Source: Tubiluchus corallicola
Taxonomy: Eukaryota; Animalia; Priapulida
DNA length: 27,945 bases
Assembly: GCA_030141605.1 (NCBI GenBank)
Contig: JAQGDQ010001722.1
Location: forward strand, 1-27,945
Direction of reading: 5' to 3'
The position numbers and the translations under genes are program-made. Below the pieces are notes generated by a model, which searched no databases, was not told the DNA's origin, and saw only the letters and a program-made list of their open reading frames with translations. Positions 22,379 through 27,945 of the stretch are shown here, in pieces. The stretch's first letter is position 1. Each line of letters begins with the position of its first letter.

Positions 22379-24263
22379 GACTGGCACATAGTGTACTTCT
22401 GTTCATAGACTGGCCCATAGTGTACTTTTGTTTATAGACTGGCCCATAGTATACTTTTGTTTATAGACTGGCCCATAGTGTACTTCTGTTCACAGACTGG
22501 CCCATAGTGTACTTCTGTTCATAGACTGGCCCATAGTGTACTTCTGTTCATAGACTGGCTGATAGTGTGCTTCTGTTCACAGACTGGCCCATAGTGTACT
22601 TCTGTTCATAGACTGGCACATAGTGTACTTCTGTTCATAGACTGGCCCTTAGTGTACTTCTGTTCATAGACTGGCCCATAGTGTGCTTCTGTTCATAGAC
22701 TGGCCCATAGTGTACTTCTGTTCACACACTGACACATAGTGTACTTCTGTTCATAGACTGACCCATAGTGTGCTTCTGTTCATAGACTGGCCCATAGTGT
22801 ACTTCTGTTCACAGACTGGCCCATAGTGTACTTCTGTTCACACACTGACACATAGTGTACTTCTGTTCACAGACTGGCCCATAGTGTACTTCTGTTCATA
22901 GACTGGCCCATAGTGTACTTCTGTTCATAGACTGGCCCATAGTGTACTTCTGTTCATAGACTGGCCCATAGTGTGCTTCTGTTCACAGACTGGCCCATAG
23001 TGTACTTCTGTTCATAGACTGGCCCATAGTGTACTTCTGTTCATAGACTGGCCCATAGTGTACTTCTGTTCATAGACTGACACATAGTGTACTTCTGTTC
23101 ACAGACTGGCCCATAGTGTACTTCTGTTCACACACTGGCCCTTAGTGTACTTCTGTTCATAGACTGGCCCATAGTGTACTTCTGTTCACAGACTGGCCCA
23201 TAGTATACTTCTGTTCACACACTGGCCCTTAGTGTACTTCTGTTCATAGACTGGCCCATAGTGTACTTCTGTTCATAGACTGGCCCATAGTGTACTTCTG
23301 TTCACACACTGGCCCTTAGTGTACTTCTGTTCATAGACTGGCCCATAGTGTACTTCTGTTCACAGACTGACCCATAGTGTGCTTCTGTTCACAGACTGGC
23401 CCATAGTGTACTTCTGTTCACACACTGGCCCTTAGTGTACTTCTGTTCATAGATTGGCCCATAGTGTACTTCTGTTCATAGACTGGCACATAGTGTACTT
23501 CTGTTCATAGACTGGCCCTTAGTGTACTTCTGTTCATAGACTGGCCCATAGTGTGCTTCTGTTCATAGACTGGCCCATAGTGTACTTCTGTTCACACACT
23601 GACACATAGTGTACTTCTGTTCATAGACTGACCCATAGTGTGCTTCTGTTCATAGACTGGCCCATAGTGTACTTCTGTTCATAGACTGGCCCATAGTGTA
23701 CTTCTGTTCATAGACTGGCCCATAGTGTACTTCTGTTCATAGACTGACCCATAGTGTACTTCTGTTCACAGACTGGCCCATAGTGTACTTCTGTTCACAC
23801 ACTGGCCCTTAGTGTACTTCTGTTCATAGACTGGCCCATAGTGTACTTCTGTTCACAGACTGGCCCATAGTGTACTTCTGTTCATAGACTGGCCCATATT
23901 GTACTTCCGTTCATAGACTGGCCCATAGTGTACTTCTGTTCATAGACTGGCCCATAGTGTACTTCTGTTCATAGACTGGCCCATAGTGTACTTCTGTTCA
24001 TAGACTGGCCCATAGTGTACTTCTGTTCACAGACTGGCCCATAGTGTACTTCTGTTCATAGACTGACTCATAGTGCACTTCTGTTCATAGACTGGCACAT
24101 AGTGTACTTCTGTTCATAGACTGGCACATAGTTTACTTCTGTTCATAGACTGGCACATAGTGTAGTTCTGTTCATAGACTGGCACATAGTTTACTTCTGT
24201 TCATAGACTCGCCCATAGTGTACTTATGTTCATAGACTGGCCCAGAGTGTACTTCTGTTCATA
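22379..24263 (-). repeat. 29-bp minisatellite, 65 units, intron 2 of right copy
   Basis: Reverse complement of the 8002-9886 unit; both flanks give mirror sum 32265, so the length is identical. Confidence 0.97.
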
Positions 24264-24753
24264 AATGTTGATATATTTTTGCGATGTCCTAATAGCAATC
24301 TCATATTCATTCTCATTCACATCATTTCACTAACCTAATCCTACTAATTCCCATCTCCTGCACTCTCCACTATCATTCCATCATTTTTTACCTTCCCTTT
24401 TTTGCACTCTAACACCTGCACCATTAATTACATTACAGTCGCATAAGTAATGCTTTTGACTATAATGCAAACAACAATTAATATAGATATCATGCATTGT
24501 CAATTTTATTATGATATTATGTATATCATGTTATCGTAAGGTTTTTTTGCTATATTATATTGTTGTTTGCTGATTTCGTAATAAAATGAAAAAAAAACTT
24601 GTAGTGTTTTGACTAATTTTGAGTTTAATTTAAGTGCATAATTAATTTTAGTAAATTTTGTTTTATTTTCACAGTTGTTCTGTTTTTAAGTTCACCTAGT
24701 AATTTGTTACTACTCGTACGAATGCCTGCAATTATTTTACTTTCATTTCGCAG

Positions 24754-24888
24754 GGTGTTCCTGATTGGATGGGCGACGATCATTCCCGGTTAGACGGATT
24801 CCCTTGGAAAGGTGGAGCTGAACGATACACAACTGGTATTCTCATGTGGAGTGAAGTGTTTCTGGTCGATACGCCATCTGGTGAAAAG
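24754..24888 (+). CDS. ATL: Atlastin exon 3, right copy
   Basis: ttcgcAG|135 nt|GTgtgc; same peptide as the left copy. Confidence 0.95.
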
Positions 24889-25025
24889 GTGTGCACTGTT
24901 AGCGGTATACGACCTCTTTGACATTGTTTGCTGGGCAACTGTACTGAGATTGGGGCTCAAGAAAATCAATAATGTTTGTGCCCGTTGCCCGTGTTTTAAA
25001 TTTGATAGTTGACAATATGCAAAAT

Positions 25026-25514
25026 CAGGGATGAGAATTTTCTGCGGAATTCCGAGTTTTTGGAAGACCAGTAGTGCCATTTTTGTAAATCGCGTAAATT
25101 CGTTGAGAAATTTTTTACGGACCCAGTACATTATTTCACAAGCTGACCGCTAGTTGGCAGGCTGTCACTTTGTTTACATCACGTACATCAGTGTAAACAC
25201 GTGTATGTCTCTATGTATAAAAATATAGAATCAATTGTGCGGAGTTATTTGAGTCAATTGCAGACATATTTTATATACTTTTGCATAGGAGCGGCCAGTA
25301 CTTTTCTGTATCCTTGATAATTGGGTATTTTAAATTATGCATGAAACAAGGTAATTGATATTTTAAGTCCACTTAGAGGTTCTCTATGGTCACAACATTG
25401 CAATTTGTTGCTGGCTCCAAGGGGCTTTACCCCTCAAGCTCATTGGGGGCCTAGGTGGCCCTAAAACCCTGGCCTTTTTCAGAGTTTTTTTGCAATTTGT
25501 CATTCTCATCCCTG
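25026..25514. mobile_element. CAGGGATGAGAAT-family MITE, intron 3 of right copy
   Basis: Perfect 13-bp TIRs; flanked by caaaat on both sides (25020-25025, 25515-25520), an apparent 6-bp duplication. Confidence 0.88.
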
Positions 25515-25569
25515 CAAAATACGTTGCTAAGCATCCTTAGTCTCACACCTTATGAAGGTTACCATAAAC

Positions 25570-25942
25570 TAGTGTTTACACGGGTAACAAAAATCGAAAT
25601 AGGGTACCCGATGGCTATAAGGAATAGGGTACCCGGGTCTGATTTTTGTTACCCATGTTACCTGATTTTAAGTCACCCCTACTGTATAAATGGTTTGATC
25701 TGCCATCTCCCTATTGGCTGTTGGCACATTGCCAACGCAGCAGTTAATAGTCTGCTAGTAGATACCTACTGTAGACGTATACAGCAGAGGGTGGCATTTA
25801 AATTTTAAATTCTCTAACGATGGTTACCGTATTACAAACAATGTCAGCATCGTCGTTGCTGGAACCGGGTAGGCATATTACGCTCTGGTAATAAACAATG
25901 CGGGTAATTACTCGGTGACACGGGTACCCGATGGAAACAGTA
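25570..25942. mobile_element. hAT-type non-autonomous element; left-arm counterpart starts at 6748, is truncated and hosts the pogo element
   Basis: Imperfect TIR tagtgtttacacgggta / tacccgatggaaacagta; perfect 8-bp duplication ccataaac (25562-25569, 25943-25950). Confidence 0.8.
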
Positions 25943-26134
25943 CCATAAACTTTCGAGTGTCTGCATTTTTCCACATTAACACGGCCACTTCTACATGATA
26001 TTCACTGTTATTCTCTCTGCACAACTGGCAGCCTTGTCTGCAATCAGGCATGCGCAGACAGAGTTACTGTGTTTAACCAGTTATATTGGCATTTGTTTAT
26101 GCTTCCCGGCTTGCTTTAACAATACAGTCTAATG

Positions 26135-26811
26135 CAGTGTTTTTCAACCAGTGTGCCGTGAGAGATCATCAGGTGTGCCGTGGGAAATTATCTAATATCA
26201 CCTAATTAACCATTGTCTTGTGTCTGTGCTGTAATAAAGTGTGGCCGATAATGTAATACTCTTCTATTTCAGTGGGTGGCAGCAGAGAGCGATAAATGCC
26301 TGTAAAGTCAGTAGAGTTAGTGTTTATGTACAGCATCATTACAAATATACTAACTTGACTCTCAAAACACTGCGGGATTGAATGATAAACAAGAGAATTA
26401 TCGCTGTTGTATGTTTGCTTAGTAAATTCGTATACAGTTTACTTTGAGCACATAACTGGTTTAGATATACCATAGTTTAGGTTTGCTATATATACAAATG
26501 TAAATGTGTTGCGGGCAATCAACCACAGACGGTTTCATTAATATAGTAAGTTTTCAGGCTTCTTTAGAAATGTCAATCGACTTGATCAAGCGTAATTGTA
26601 GGGCCAAAGAATTCCACAATTTGGAGGCAGGAGACGTGAACGATTATGTGACTAGCCTGCCACGTGAGACTTCAAGATTTCACCACTTTCTGTGCTGACG
26701 CATCAGTCAGAATGGTCATGTGACGCATCAGTCAGAATGGTTGGTGGTGTGCCCGAGGATTTTGGAAATGTAAAAAATGTGCCGTGGCTCAAAAAAGGTT
26801 GAAAATCACTG
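26135..26811. mobile_element. hAT (Charlie-like) MITE, right arm only
   Basis: TIR cagtgtttttcaacc / ggttgaaaatcactg; perfect 8-bp duplication gtctaatg; single-copy empty site in the left arm (cattagac at ~5159-5166). Confidence 0.92.
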
Positions 26812-26839
26812 GTCTAATGCAGTGTGTTTTATTTTTCAG

Positions 26840-26944
26840 GTTGCTGTGTTATTAATGGACACACAAGGTGCTTTTGATAGTCAAAGTACCGTCAAGGATT
26901 GTGCGACAGTATTTGCGTTGAGTACCATGACAAGTTCCGTACAG
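26840..26944 (+). CDS. ATL: Atlastin exon 4, right copy (DTQG)
   Basis: tttttcAG|105 nt|GTgtgt; same peptide as the left copy. Confidence 0.95.
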
Positions 26945-27019
26945 GTGTGTTTTAGAGCAGTAACTGTAACGACTGTAATAAGCCTTTTCACAGTTTCCTC
27001 ATGCGCATGTGCAGTCGAT

Positions 27020-27287
27020 GTAGGTCAAAGGTTAAGTGTCCCACTGCAGTTCGTCGTAACTACAACCGTCACGTGACGTGTGTGTAAAGCAAAGTTGTCT
27101 GCCGTATCAGTTTCCTAACTTCAGTTGTTTTACGTGGACTTTACTTAATTTCGCAGTTGCTGTAGGTCAAAAGTTAAGTGTACCACAGCTGTTCATCTTG
27201 ACTACAACCGTCACGTGACGTGTGTGTAAAGCAAAGCTGTCTGCCGCATCAGTTTGCTAACTTGTTTTATGTGGACTTTACTTAATT
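27020..27287 (+). repeat. ~142-bp tandem duplication, right arm only
   Basis: gtaggtcaaa.gttaagtgt ... gtcacgtgacgtgtgtgtaaagcaaag starts at 27020 and 27162; one copy in the left arm (~4863-4959). Confidence 0.85.
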
Positions 27288-27809
27288 ATGCATTAGTCTA
27301 TGTGAATAGTGATTTACTAGCAACATCTTGGGAACAAGAAAAAAGTGAACTAGGTAAGGTTCTAGCTAGGTGTTAAAACATGTTAAAATTGTTACTATGA
27401 CAACAGCTTGGACTGCGAGGTCTGGCACACTTAACTTTTGACCTTTTCACGATCATCATCAATTGCTTGAACTGTGAAAAAGTTTATTAAATTAAAATAC
27501 AGACGAAGAGAAATCAATTGAGAATAAAAATGTAGATAACTATAGCTAATTAGTTAGTTAAAAGAAACGAAACTGAACTCGTGGCAACACTGGAACCCGA
27601 GAAAACATTGAGTATGATTAGAAGTAACAGTCAAGATTTCTGCCTAGGTTTATTATACAAAGCCTACTTTTATGTGAATTTATGTTTTTTCAGTCAGTAT
27701 TGTAGTTGCGTTTTTTGAGTAAGGTGTTGCTTTTTTTCAATTTTTAGCTTGAAGCAGGCTTACAGACCTTAGTTACTAATTAGTCACATTGTTCGTCTAA
27801 ATAACTATA

Positions 27810-27931
27810 CAGTGTTCCCTCACTTATCGCGGGTGTTCCGTTCCAGGCGCACCCGCGATAAGTGAATTTCCACTAAGTAGGGGCGTTATACGTATTTTAG
27901 TAGTTAAGCATTATTTTAAGTCTTTATAAAC
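27810..27931. mobile_element. Partial pogo-type MITE (counterpart of 3681-4342), homology broken at 27931
   Basis: TA|cagtgttccctcacttatcgcggg; matches the reverse complement of 4016-4139. Confidence 0.75.
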
Positions 27932-27945
27932 AGAAGTACACTATT

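Larger units (their letters stand above)
18369..27931 (+). repeat. Right arm of large inverted segmental duplication carrying atlastin exons 1-4
   Basis: Reverse complement of 4016-14312 apart from arm-specific indels. Confidence 0.95.

Overview
AT-rich, intron-containing eukaryotic (probably invertebrate animal) DNA with no prokaryotic features. Most of the window is a large inverted (head-to-head) duplication of the 5' part of an atlastin gene (dynamin-like ER-fusion GTPase). Coding exons 1-4 occur once on the minus strand (14167->5034) and once on the plus strand (18503->26944), separated by a unique spacer of about 4 kb (~14313-18368). The two copies encode the same 163 aa and differ at 5 synonymous sites. 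The only exon 5 in the window (VFNLSQNIQEDDLQHLQ, 1321-1371) is on the PLUS strand, antisense to the neighbouring minus-strand copy, and lies in the loop of a second inverted repeat (1-812 / 3006-3892). It is either an inverted exon cassette or part of a third, tail-to-tail copy. The visible junction at ~3005, and a probable one at ~27931, fall in tandem repeats. The introns carry a 29-bp minisatellite (65 units in both arms, with different internal order), a 67-bp minisatellite, trinucleotide tracts and many non-autonomous DNA transposons, several of them arm-specific with clean empty sites. A haplotype or assembly artefact cannot be excluded from sequence alone.
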